A stretch of 64,000 nt of DNA from Candidatus Bathyarchaeota archaeon (GCA_963811105.1 CAWEPZ010000011.1:640001-704000); one strand, 5' to 3'. Shown: positions 9,917 through 19,267, numbered from the stretch's first letter. Translations and numbers: made by a program. Notes: generated by a model not told the origin, from the sequence alone.

Positions 9917-10177
9917 TTACAGTTTCTTGTAAACTACATCTTTTTCTTTTACAGGTTGAACCACTTTCAATCCTATGCTTTTGCCACCTTCAGCCCGCTG
10001 AATATCTTTTCTATCTATTTGCATTGATTCGATAGTTTGCTCAAAATCGGTTGAAGGCCCTTTAATGAGTATGCAATCTCCAACCGCCAGCGGCAATGAT
10101 AGTTCAACCACGGCCACATTTATCTTGGAGAAAAAATGTACAATGTGCCCGATCTCAATTACGGCTTCTTCAGTCAA
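9917..10177 (-). CDS. Translation-factor beta-barrel (EF-Tu domain II-like) small protein
   Basis: 'IGHIVHFFSKINVAVVEL..LAVGD.I.IKG..TDFEQTIESMQID'. Confidence 0.8.
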   Translation of the reverse strand: MTEEAVIEIGHIVHFFSKINVAVVELSLPLAVGDCILIKGPSTDFEQTIESMQIDRKDIQRAEGGKSIGLKVVQPVKEKDVVYKKL

Positions 10178-10354
10178 GCAGTTTGCCCCTTGTTTATCAC
10201 TATGATTGATGGCAATAAAAGATTTGCCTTCTTTATCTAGGTGTCAGGATATTTTATACAATTCTGAAAACATTGCCAAATTTTCTTGAAATTCAAAGCA
10301 GCTTTTTTAGCAAATACAATACATTTTTTAAAAAAAGAACACTGTATTTAGCCG

Positions 10355-10516
10355 TTACCATCCTGAAGTTGCGTCATCACCGGTTTGCTCCAGAGCTTTC
10401 TTTTCCTCATCGCTGACATCAAGAGGCAAATTAACTTGGTTGTGACCTTCTTCAATTATCTCCCGTTTCTTTTTCCGCTGTCTTATAGTAATTTGACCCT
10501 TCTTTTTCTCTTCCAA
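10355..10516 (-). CDS. 53-aa hydrophilic small protein
   Basis: TTG start with strong SD GGAGGTGA; MEEKKKGQITIRQRKKKREIIEEGHNQVNLPLDVSDEEKKALEQTGDDATSGW*. Confidence 0.6.
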   Translation of the reverse strand: MEEKKKGQITIRQRKKKREIIEEGHNQVNLPLDVSDEEKKALEQTGDDATSGW

Positions 10517-10662
10517 AAAGTTTCACCTCCCCTAAATATCGTTGAAAAAAGCTGTAGACCTCAGGAATAACCAGCTTTTTTTTAATTTTTACCTTTACTG
10601 ACCATTCAGCTTGTCAGATATGTTTGAATTTCTTCATCCTAAGAAATATCTGAAATTTGGCT

Positions 10663-10681
10663 GTATTAACTTGCGTGACTG
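10663..10681 (-). promoter_or_regulatory. CAGTCACG box + TATA
   Basis: CAGTCACG-CAAG-TTAATAC upstream of 10355-10516. Confidence 0.6.
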
Positions 10682-10839
10682 TGCAGTAACAACAACAAAG
10701 CCAAAAATGTTAAATCAATGAATAACCGAAATATTTTTGTCAGTTTAAGCATTTCCAAATGGCTGTCATCTTTTCTTTACAGAAGTCTTTGTAACCTGCA
10801 CTTTTAGAACTGCAATTCTTAAACGACTTGAAGAAAGCA

Positions 10840-11251
10840 AGGGGCATGGATTCTCAATTCTAAACTCCAGGTTAGCCAACGAATTGAAGACGGATTTGAA
10901 CACAAAAAGTCTCTGCGTTCCATTGCAAAGATTCTGGGCAAAACCCTTAATTCTGTACGGAAGAAAGCATCTCGCTTAGGCTTAGTTGATGATGATGGGA
11001 GTGAAAAAACAACGCCATCATCATCTACCCTTGATAAGTTAGTTTTGCCCGATGAGTTGCCTTCAATTGAGGAAAAACTCAAGACCTTAGTTGGAGCCTT
11101 GCAGCGCCTTGAATCGGGCGAATTGGATAAAATTGATGTTTTGCGTTTACGCTGCATCATCCAGGCCGTAATAGTGTACCAGGAGCTGACAGCGGAATAT
11201 ATCGACTATCGCGGGTTAGAATCTGAGAGGTTAGAGTGGAGAGAGAAGTAA
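10840..11251 (+). pseudogene. Provirus HTH/putative terminase small subunit, degraded 5' end
   Basis: KSLRSIAKILGKTLNSVRKKASRLGL...LPSIEEKLKTL...YIDYRGLE; immediately upstream of the terminase fragment. Confidence 0.6.
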
Positions 11252-11257
11252 AGGATC

Positions 11258-11727
11258 TTGCACAAAAATCCTCAGACGTTGCGTCCAAATCTGCATCTTA
11301 ACGAGCGAGCTAAAACTCGAATGGACGTAAGTTTATTGAAAATGTTAGCGCCAGTAAGGTGGTTGCTTTATAAGGTGATGTTAAAGAGTTTTTTGAGCAA
11401 GTTTTCGGTTTTACGCCTTATAAACATAAGGCTTGAATTGGCAGATTTATTTGAGAAGAACCAGTTCACGGCGGTGCGGTGGTGTAAGCAGAGTGGCAAG
11501 AGTTATTCGGTTTCTGCTTTGCTGCTCAAATATGCTTGGAAATATGCGGATAGCTATATTGTGATTGTGGGTCCCAGCTGGCGCCAAACAAAACTAAACA
11601 TTAGGCGTATGGGAGGTTCTGCAGAAAACTCCCAGTGTAACAAGGCCTATATGGGCAAAGGGCAAGAATCTTTTTGCCCGATGGGAGCATGATTGAGGCG
11701 TTTCCAAACAACCTTGATACAATTAGT
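11258..11727 (+). pseudogene. Terminase large subunit N-terminal fragment
   Basis: Walker A-like 'AVRWCKQSGKS', 'IVIVGPSWRQT', later 'IEAFPNN.DTI'; frameshifted and truncated. Confidence 0.75.
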
Positions 11728-11762
11728 TCCGTTGCACTCTTTTCGTGAGAAAAAGCTCGTGA

Positions 11763-12122
11763 CTATTTTTGGTTTTCAAGTTTTTCGGGAGATCTCAATT
11801 GATTTCGTATGATGATGAAAAGTCCAAAAAAGAGCACGCCAGCTATGATTCCTGAAGTGATGCCCATGATGTACAACGCCTCCCACGCTGGCATAGAAGT
11901 GCTGAGGTACTTGAACGAACCGATAAGTATGAACAGGGAAGCTGAACCAAGAAATGAAATTCCAAGAGCCATCAAAACACTGCCAACTATGCTTATGATT
12001 ATGAGTTTTTTGAGTCGTTTCTTAACAGCTGTTTCCGCTTCATTCATATATGCCTTGAGTATGGCTTTTATCTCACTTAGAATTGCTCCAATTATTTCCC
12101 TTAATGAAATCTTTTCTGACAT
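11763..12122 (-). CDS. Two-TM membrane protein, YqjE/holin-X-like
   Basis: Amphipathic N-helix then two TM segments, 'MPAWEALYIMG'. Confidence 0.65.
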   Translation of the reverse strand: MSEKISLREIIGAILSEIKAILKAYMNEAETAVKKRLKKLIIISIVGSVLMALGISFLGSASLFILIGSFKYLSTSMPAWEALYIMGITSGIIAGVLFFGLFIIIRNQLRSPEKLENQK

Positions 12123-12240
12123 CTAATAATTACGCCTCTTCCAAAAACAAATCTACCGAACCCTAAAAATCATGTTATTCACGCACGATAGCTGAGTAAA
12201 AATGTTTCAAGATTCTCATATTTAGTTTAGCTTAGTATCT

Positions 12241-12258
12241 ATTTTAAGATTGTGACTG
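12241..12258 (-). promoter_or_regulatory. CAGTCACA box + TATA
   Basis: CAGTCACA-AT-CTTAAAAT upstream of 11763-12122. Confidence 0.65.
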
Positions 12259-12326
12259 CATGACTGCAGCAAAGTAAATTTAAAAGCCTCTTTAGTCACC
12301 CCTTACTTGGTTGGAGTTCCTGATTT

Positions 12327-12652
12327 TTGGGTGCAATATACCAAGTTATTAATTTTATTACCTCTGGAAGCATCGGCGGTATTCCACCATTAGTTTTGAT
12401 GATTACTCCATTTGTTATCGGACTTATCATAGGCTACCTAATCCACAAAATGCTAAAGATCGCGATTTTAGCTGCGATTATATTGGTCGTGGTTGCTTAC
12501 TTTGGGTTCTTCGGTTTAAGTCTTGGCGCCTTGAAAAGCGTTGCTGACACATATGGCTCCTTGCAATTCAATATGGAGTACTTCTCATGGGCATACTACC
12601 ACTTGGTTTAGGGCTAGTCATTGGTTTCGTAATTGGCTTCGTACTATCGTAA
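12327..12652 (+). CDS. Small membrane protein (FUN14-like), 1-nt frameshift near 12558
   Basis: 'PFVIGLIIGYLIHKMLKIA'; continues in another frame LAIQYGVLLMGILPLGLGLVIGFVIGFVLS*. Confidence 0.65.
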
Positions 12653-13019
12653 GCAAACACTTCTCTCTGTAGGAAAACTAACCAAAATCGGCGCAAAAGA
12701 GGTACGAAATTATGCCATGTGTGTATTATCTGCGGGAACCCAACAAAAAACGAAGTTCTACAAGAAAGAAAAAAAACCAAAAAACAACCAACTCTTGCAA
12801 ACTCACTCAACCAGCCAAATACTCATCATATACCATTCTATCCCCAAGCTCGAAATAGATTCTTCAATTTAAAGAAAACCTATACAAGACAACAAAAAAT
12901 GATTACATGGCCAAAACAATAACAATAAGCAGCCAATAATTGAAAAAAAATATGTTCAAGTGGTAATGTTTCCTAGCGAAAAAGGATGTTTTCGTTTACC
13001 CCAACTGCGTTAAGGGTTA

Positions 13020-13217
13020 CTACTTCTTTTGTCTTACTGCGACCTTGGCTTTCATTTCAAAGATAGTATCTTCGCCGATTTTTCCAATACCAAAGTTCCA
13101 TTCTAATACATCAACTTCCATGTCTTTGAAGTGTGAAACCCAGGTTTTCTGGAATTCGTCCCATTTTTCGCCTATCTTCTGTATCTGTTCTTTGACGTCT
13201 ATTTGTTGTTCTGGCAT
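13020..13217 (-). CDS. 65-aa hypothetical protein
   Basis: ATG with SD GGAGGTG; protein-like composition. Confidence 0.7.
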   Translation of the reverse strand: MPEQQIDVKEQIQKIGEKWDEFQKTWVSHFKDMEVDVLEWNFGIGKIGEDTIFEMKAKVAVRQKK

Positions 13218-13285
13218 AATTTGTTACACCTCCTAAAATGCGCTAAAAAATTGCGCAGGCCCAAGTTTATAGCTAGTCATTGGTT

Positions 13286-13305
13286 GGTTTAAATGTGTGT
13301 GACTG
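13286..13305 (-). promoter_or_regulatory. CAGTCACA box + TATA
   Basis: CAGTCACA-CACA-TTTAAACC upstream of 13020-13217. Confidence 0.65.
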
Positions 13306-13419
13306 TGAAGCTGCAACTACAGATGTAAGTCATTATCGTCCAACAAGATTGACAAAACCTCAATTAAGGAAAAAAAGAAGTCTAAATAAAGAAGCAAACA
13401 AGCTGTTACTGTTTATTGA

Positions 13420-13438
13420 CAGTCACACATCTTAAAAT
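13420..13438 (+). promoter_or_regulatory. CAGTCACA box + TATA
   Basis: CAGTCACA-CAT-CTTAAAAT upstream of 13475. Confidence 0.65.
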
Positions 13439-13474
13439 AGACTGGCAAGTTAAAGATAACTAAGGTTTTTCAAA

Positions 13475-13633
13475 ATGGGCGCACTTGATTTTCTTTTCGT
13501 CGTAGCTGCGATTCTTGTCTTGCTGTGGCTTCTGGGCTTTTTCATCTTCAACCTTGGCACTATCATATGGGTTCTGCTTGTCATCGCCATCATCATAATA
13601 CTTGCTCGACTGCTTACAGGACGCAGAATATAA
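13475..13633 (+). CDS. lmo0937/DUF5670-family small membrane protein (52 aa)
   Basis: MGALDFLFVVAAILVLLWLLGFFIFNLGTIIWVLLVIAIIIILARLLTGRRI*; below ORF-track cutoff. Confidence 0.85.
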   Translation: MGALDFLFVVAAILVLLWLLGFFIFNLGTIIWVLLVIAIIIILARLLTGRRI

Positions 13634-13832
13634 CAGCAACCAAAAACATGGTAGCAGCGCCAAAAGCTGCTTCCCAACTTTTTTGTAAACAAAGAAATCG
13701 CACTTGTATAGGTAGGTTACGTCATTCAACGTTTTGATAATTATCTATCAGTATGCGCTATCCTAAGTTTTTCTCTATTGCCATTTTTGGATTTTTGGAA
13801 GCAATTGCTTATCGCTTGTTGGTGTCTGATAG

Positions 13833-13852
13833 CAGTCACAGATGTTTAATAA
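13833..13852 (+). promoter_or_regulatory. CAGTCACA box + TATA
   Basis: CAGTCACA-GATG-TTTAATAA upstream of csbD. Confidence 0.65.
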
Positions 13853-13887
13853 AAGCGCAAGACAGTATTATTTTATAGTGAATTTTT

Positions 13888-14052
13888 ATGAGCAAAGACG
13901 AAACTGAAGGTAAAATTAAACAGGGAAAAGGCAAAGTCCGTGAAGGCTTAGGCAAGATTACTGGCGACGATAGTGAACAGATTAAGGGCAAAGTGGAACA
14001 AGTCAAAGGAAAAATCCAGGAAGAAGTAGGCAAAGCAAAAAGAAAAGCCTAA
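13888..14052 (+). CDS. csbD: CsbD family general stress protein (54 aa)
   Basis: MSKDETEGKIKQGKGKVREGLGKITGDDSEQIKGKVEQVKGKIQEEVGKAKRKA*. Confidence 0.9.
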   Translation: MSKDETEGKIKQGKGKVREGLGKITGDDSEQIKGKVEQVKGKIQEEVGKAKRKA

Positions 14053-14279
14053 TAAAATTTAAAACCAACTATTCAACGCTTCAATAATCAGCCAAAATAA
14101 GATTTTCAAGAAATCGGAAAAAAACACTGTCAATTGTTAATGCAGATAGCTTACCCCCTTTTGGGGTTTTTTTTCTCAAGTTTTGGGGAGCATGTCAAGC
14201 AAGCGAAAACTTGAAGTTGCACTCTTTATTTTGCGTTCCCCCACAAAAGAACTAAACGGGATTTGGACTTAAAGTCTGC

Positions 14280-14546
14280 TTAGTTTTCTAATTCTTGGTT
14301 AGCAAAGAATAGAGTCTCGAAATGTAGTTCTACAAATTCGCTTCTGGATCTTTTTTGTTTTGAGGCTTCTCTATATATTTTCTCTAATGTGCGGTTAGAA
14401 AGGCTATGCTTACGGGGTGTTTGCGCACTGTAGCCTGAGTCTCCAAGTATTTTCCGCTTCTTAATAATTAACAATTGATTGTTAAAGGGAATTTGGATAA
14501 GGTGTTTGTGGGAGTTCTCACTAAAAAAGAGGTTGGTATTTGACAT
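14280..14546 (-). CDS. Putative ribbon-helix-helix DNA-binding protein
   Basis: C-terminal 'RKHSLSNRTLEKIYREASKQKRSRSEFVELHF' fits the RHH pattern. Confidence 0.55.
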   Translation of the reverse strand: MSNTNLFFSENSHKHLIQIPFNNQLLIIKKRKILGDSGYSAQTPRKHSLSNRTLEKIYREASKQKRSRSEFVELHFETLFFANQELEN

Positions 14547-14680
14547 TCACGACCTTTGTCACGGAAGCATGGGGACAACCTGAAGAAAATTACTTAGTTA
14601 AAAAAAATAAAAAAATTGAGCTGAAAATTCTTAGTATAGTCTGCGTCAAGCAGAACTAACGGTTTAATGTATGTTTATGT

Positions 14681-14890
14681 TTAGTGGTATTCGTGCGACT
14701 TCTGGTCGGAAACGGGTTCGTGTCCTTGGTTTTTGCTTCTTGCCTTAATAATTGTTGCTTGAGCTTTGTTTTCTGCCTTGTTCAACTTGCCTTTGTACCG
14801 CTCTCTTTCGCTGATAGCTGTTTTGTCTTCCTTTTCAGGATTTTCGCTTTTTGCCTGATCCTCTCTATCCTTCTTGTCTTGGTTACTCAT
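14681..14890 (-). CDS. 69-aa highly charged small protein
   Basis: ATG ORF with upstream TTTATTAA box; hydrophilin-like composition. Confidence 0.6.
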   Translation of the reverse strand: MSNQDKKDREDQAKSENPEKEDKTAISERERYKGKLNKAENKAQATIIKARSKNQGHEPVSDQKSHEYH

Positions 14891-15034
14891 AGAATCCCTA
14901 AAAACTTGCTTACGCCGGGTTTAATAAACACATGTTTTTGCTTAGAGTTATTTGCTAAACCAAGTTTTAAATAAAGCAAACCGATTGAAGACTTGAAGGA
15001 ACCAGCATCGTCTTTTCGCAAAATGGCTATAAGC

Positions 15035-15534
15035 TATAGACTTCGCAAATAAAAAAATAGCCATTTATCACCCAGCTAAAAGCAACAATACACGCACCAT
15101 CAGAGTAAGCGAAGATCGGATTAGCATGCTCCAGCAGTTACCAAGAAAGGGAAAACTTGTGTTTTCCTACAGAGAATATCAATATGCTGAAAAAGGATTC
15201 CTAAGAATGCGTCAACGAGCAATAGCAAAGACACGCAACCAAGAGCTTCGCAAAATACACTTTTACACCTGCCGATATTGGCGAGCAACCGATGAAAGAC
15301 ACAAAAAAGGCAACCCAGAACAGCGTTCAATACCTGCTAGGCCACACGTCGCTAAGCTACGTGGGATTATATGCTAGGCTAATCGTCGATTACTTTGGTA
15401 ACGATCAGGAATTTGACGTGCAAGAAGCCGACGACAACGACAAACCGAGAATTAGAATGCTACTGCAAAGGGGTTATGATCCAGTGCTAAATATCAACGA
15501 TGGAGGCGTCCACTATTTCAGAAAAGCTAAATAA
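15035..15534 (+). pseudogene. Tyrosine integrase C-terminal remnant
   Basis: 'HPAKSNNTR','KIHFYTCRYWRAT','VQYLLGHTSL..VGLY','YFRKAK'; frameshifted, N-terminus missing. Confidence 0.8.
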
Positions 15535-15613
15535 ATACTTGTCATACTCTCAATGCGGTCGCAGCATCGCCGCGAAAATAGTAGGACCGTCATCTAGCAA
15601 AAAGCATGGACAT

Positions 15614-15692
15614 GGGGCCGTCGTCTAGCATGGTTCAGGATACATGCCTGGGGCGTATGCGATCCTGGGTTCAAATCCCAGCGGCCTCACCA
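15614..15692 (+). tRNA. tRNA-Pro(GGG)
   Basis: GGGGCCG/CGGCCTC acceptor, CATGC-CTGGGGC-GTATG, CTGGG-TTCAAAT-CCCAG, encoded CCA. Confidence 0.93.
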
Positions 15693-15742
15693 CATTTCCA
15701 GTGGCCCTATTGGCGATGATTTTATTCAATTTTTTAGTCATT

Positions 15743-16140
15743 TTATTTTTGCTTCCTGAATAGTTTTACTTCTCCAAAGTCGCACACGTACTCAAATCCT
15801 GCTTCCACAAGTTTTTGGGCGTCTTCTACGGTTTTGGCGGTGGCTGAATGGAATTCGTCGTTTTTGAAGGTGATGAGCTGAGTGTACAGTAGGGTGTTTT
15901 GGATGTTTCTGTGTCCGAGTATTTTCATGACGTGTAAGATGTCTTTAGTTTTGGCGTATTCGGTTGTGGCTTTCCAGTGTCTTAATGTGTGGAAGTGGAT
16001 TTTTTTAAGCGGTCGTTTTTGAGATTAGAGGCGATTCGGCTTCTTTGTAGTCGGAAGGCTCTGGCGAAGTGTCTCTCACTGCACTTGTAGGGTTGCTCGT
16101 GGTCTCTTGGTAGGCTGTTTAGCATTGCTATGAGCAGAAG
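15743..16140 (-). pseudogene. Tyrosine integrase C-terminal remnant
   Basis: 'IHFHTLRHWKATTEYAKTKDILHVMKILGHRNIQNTLLY...VEAGFEYVCDF'; frameshift near 16000, N-terminus absent. Confidence 0.85.
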
Positions 16141-16261
16141 ATTTCCCCATCCCCAACCTACTTTAATACATAATTTAGGGACAAAGCGGCGTTATGCTTA
16201 ATTGCTTAATCTAAAACCTTTTAAGCAGTTCATTACAACGAGATAAATAAAGGGACAAGAA

Positions 16262-16754
16262 ATGAGAAAACTAGATTTACTTCCAAAAAAGAAGAGGCTT
16301 AATGTTGGAATAATTGCAGTTGCTTTAATTGTATTAATTGTTGGCGCAGCTTCATCTTGCTGCTTAAGCAGCGCAAGTGAATACCCGACTCTCTCAAGTA
16401 TGGCTGGCATTTATTCAAACGCATTAACAGGAACCGCAATAACTCTTTATGAGGATGGCACAGCACTATTTGGCACACATGATAGCATATGGCACATAGT
16501 CAACGCAACAAGCTTCGAAATCTCATATATTGGGGTAGCAGGCTTCCGTCAATTCTTTGAATTCAGAATCACAAATAACGGTTTCACAGAAGCCGAAACA
16601 GGAAACGTGTACATTAAAGCTCCGTCTGGTAACGTCCCCGAGCCCGACAGTGCCAGAATTCAGCAACACATCGTTCGCTTTAATCGTGACTATGATAGCA
16701 GTAGCAACTTGCACTGTTGCTTTAGCAGCAAAGAAAGAGAAAAAAACGATTTAG
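16262..16754 (+). CDS. Exported protein with PEF-CTERM-like sorting tail (1-nt frameshift near 16628)
   Basis: N-terminal TM in ORF 16262; tail TSPSPTVPEFS+TM+KKEKK in the next frame. Confidence 0.65.
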
Positions 16755-16775
16755 TCAAGGCATTTGGACAAACAA
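16748..16775 (+). repeat. Degenerate third 28-bp cassette-junction site
   Basis: GATTTAGTCAA-GGCATT-TGGACAAACAA overlapping the stop codon of the PEF-tail gene, same orientation relative to the gene as copies 1 and 2. Confidence 0.5.
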
Positions 16776-17157
16776 CAAGAAAGCTAAAATTCGAAAAACT
16801 CTCTTTTTTTGTTGAACATAGAAGAATCTGAAAAAAAGTAATTTCGGGACAAGGCAACGTGCTATGTCCTGCAATCTCTGACGAAGATAAGAAAAAGTAA
16901 TGCTCAAGAAATAGGCTCCTGTTCTATCTGAAGCAGGGCACGCTTGGTAATTTCTTCAAGCTCTTGGAAATCTGCATCAAAATTGAGGGCTAATCCTGAA
17001 AGGACAATTCGAATGATAACCGCGGCAACATCTATCTGTTTCTGATTCAATGGGTTAGCATCCAAGTGGGCATTGTTAGGAAAAAAGGGGAGAAGGCTGC
17101 GGAGCTTAAACAGACATTGTGGCGATAACTGGAAAAATGTCGCCTCGGTGGTCCGCC

Positions 17158-17182
17158 TTCAAATCCCAGCGGCCTCACCACA
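17158..17182 (+). repeat. attR-like copy of tRNA-Pro 3' end
   Basis: TTCAAATCCCAGCGGCCTCACCACA identical to 15670-15694. Confidence 0.9.
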
Positions 17183-17430
17183 ACTACACCAGGCTCCATT
17201 CGCAAATCTTGCTACTTGCGTTTTCTAAAAAGTTTGACTCCGCGTAGTCGCAACCGTAATTTAGATTCGTTGATACAATGCGAAGGTTTTAGTTGCGGGA
17301 AACCGCGGACGAATGGCTTTAAGTCCGCCCGCAAAGATTTAGGGACCGTTTTGGTAGCTTGAATTTCTTATTCGGTTTGGGTCTGATAACTTAGTCTTAG
17401 AAGAAGGTGGAAAGTACATATTCGTCCCGT

Positions 17431-17454
17431 GGGGTTCGAGTCCCAGCGAGCCCG
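17431..17454 (+). repeat. 3' fragment of a different tRNA (T arm + acceptor strand)
   Basis: GGGGTTCGAGTCCCAGCGAGCCCG; no 5' half upstream. Confidence 0.6.
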
Positions 17455-17650
17455 TCCTATTTCTTTTCCCAAGGGAAAAAGAGGATTTGCTTAATGTATT
17501 AAGCGCATCCCAAATTTTACAGAAATTTTAACTCAAAACCAGGAAAAAAGCTAAAGGTGTATTGAGAACACATGATCTGAGTTTCAAGGAATCTGTTCTA
17601 TTGCAATTATAGAAATGCTTATGACTAAATAGCCTCTAAGTAACTGAGTA

Positions 17651-18172
17651 TTGACAATGTCAAGAACAAAAAACCGAAGAATTGTAAAAATACTTATCGC
17701 TGTCGTAATAATTGGTGCGGTAGCTTCATCAATTCTTGTCGCATATAATTGGCAATCAATCTTTCCATCGAATTATCCAATAGCTCTCAGTAACATCATC
17801 TTTCCAATGGATAAGCAGATAGAGTCGGTATCCATAGGCATTAAAACATACCAAGCAAACGAACCGATTATAACAAATTTGATAACTATTAATACTACAG
17901 GCTTAGAGCCGTTGGCAACACCTCAAAACATTCCACAAGGTGGTAAGTACGCAACATCAGATTACATAACGCCAACAAAATATTCCATAGGCCAAACAAT
18001 TGTAATTGATAGAATATCTAACATTAGCCAGATACATGAACGACTGACAATAATGATTACCCCTAAAATGCTACAATATACCGCAGGCTATTACGTTAAC
18101 ATGCAATCAACACACACAGGGTACGCGATTGCTCCACCCATAAATGCAACATGGGTTTCAATTTCAGAGTGA
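17651..18172 (+). CDS. Membrane-anchored exported hypothetical protein
   Basis: Basic N-terminus + TM, Thr/Ile/Asn-rich ectodomain. Confidence 0.7.
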   Translation: MTMSRTKNRRIVKILIAVVIIGAVASSILVAYNWQSIFPSNYPIALSNIIFPMDKQIESVSIGIKTYQANEPIITNLITINTTGLEPLATPQNIPQGGKYATSDYITPTKYSIGQTIVIDRISNISQIHERLTIMITPKMLQYTAGYYVNMQSTHTGYAIAPPINATWVSISE

Positions 18173-18466
18173 TATGTTTTCGAGCGTTGAATTTTTCCGA
18201 CTCAGATAATTTTGTAGAGGATTTCATTAAGAAAGAGGATAATGTGGGTGACATCTCCATTGAAATATGGGTTAAAATCATCTAGCTGTCAAAGCTGTCC
18301 CCAGGTTTAAACACAAAGATTCTCAACATAGTCGAGCAAGAAATTGTACTTCAAATTAGAGCCTCCGTTTCCAGTACAATGTCTGACTTGATGTATATCG
18401 CAAATAATTTAAGCGTAGAAGAAGAAATGTAGCATTTCAGTTGCTAGATTGTAGGGAGATGATTGT

Positions 18467-19162
18467 GTGGTTGGTACATTCGTTTTGGTTCACGGTTCTT
18501 GGCATGGAGGTTGGTGCTGGAAGAAACTTACGCCCTATTTGGTTAAAAAGGGACATATCTGCTTCGCACCGACGCTTTCTGGGATGGGTGAAAGATTTCA
18601 CATCGCAACTTTCAACATGGGTCTGTCGGTGCATATCCAAGACATTGCCAATTTGCTTGAGTTCGAAGACCTAAACAACGTCGTCCTTGTCGGTCACAGT
18701 TACACAGGAATGGTCATCACCGGGGTCGCCGAAAAAAGTTCCCGTATCAGCAAACTCGTTTATCTTGATGCCATCGTCCCCGAACACGGGCAGAGCATGT
18801 TCTCGATAATGGATGGATTGGAAGCCCAGTTCAGGCGAAACGCAGACGCCAAAGGAATGGTTCCTTCATGGGCACCTGAAGACTTCGGGGTTACTGACCC
18901 ACGTGACATAGCCTGGATGAAATCGCGCCTTACTCCAATGCCTATTTTGACGCATCAGGAGAAGCTCGATGCCCCTAAAATGAACGCGAAGAAACTTCCC
19001 CGCTACTTTGTTCATTGCACGCAGTTTGGGCTAGGAGATTTTGCTGAGAAGTTACGACGCGAAGGTGGATCCGTCTTCGACTTGGATTCAGGACACGATG
19101 CAATGATAATTGAACCCGAGAAGCTATCATCGATTTTGGATAGAATAGCCTCTTCCTCATAG
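18467..19162 (+). CDS. Alpha/beta hydrolase (esterase)
   Basis: LVHGSWHGGWCW, GHSYTG nucleophile elbow, SGHDAM. Confidence 0.92.
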   Translation: MVGTFVLVHGSWHGGWCWKKLTPYLVKKGHICFAPTLSGMGERFHIATFNMGLSVHIQDIANLLEFEDLNNVVLVGHSYTGMVITGVAEKSSRISKLVYLDAIVPEHGQSMFSIMDGLEAQFRRNADAKGMVPSWAPEDFGVTDPRDIAWMKSRLTPMPILTHQEKLDAPKMNAKKLPRYFVHCTQFGLGDFAEKLRREGGSVFDLDSGHDAMIIEPEKLSSILDRIASSS

Positions 19163-19267
19163 GTTTCAGCATTTTTTGTTGTGGTAGTGTGGTGTAAGTC
19201 ACAATGTCTTATTTATCTGGGTCTTGAACATTACGAGTGACTTACTCCTTAAAGAGGTGAATAGTTA

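Noticed and set aside
13450-14033. ORF-track calls 13450-13692, 13460-13729, 13525-13737 and 13836-14033
   Set aside because: Antisense or off-frame shadows of the real sub-60-aa genes (lmo0937-like, csbD).
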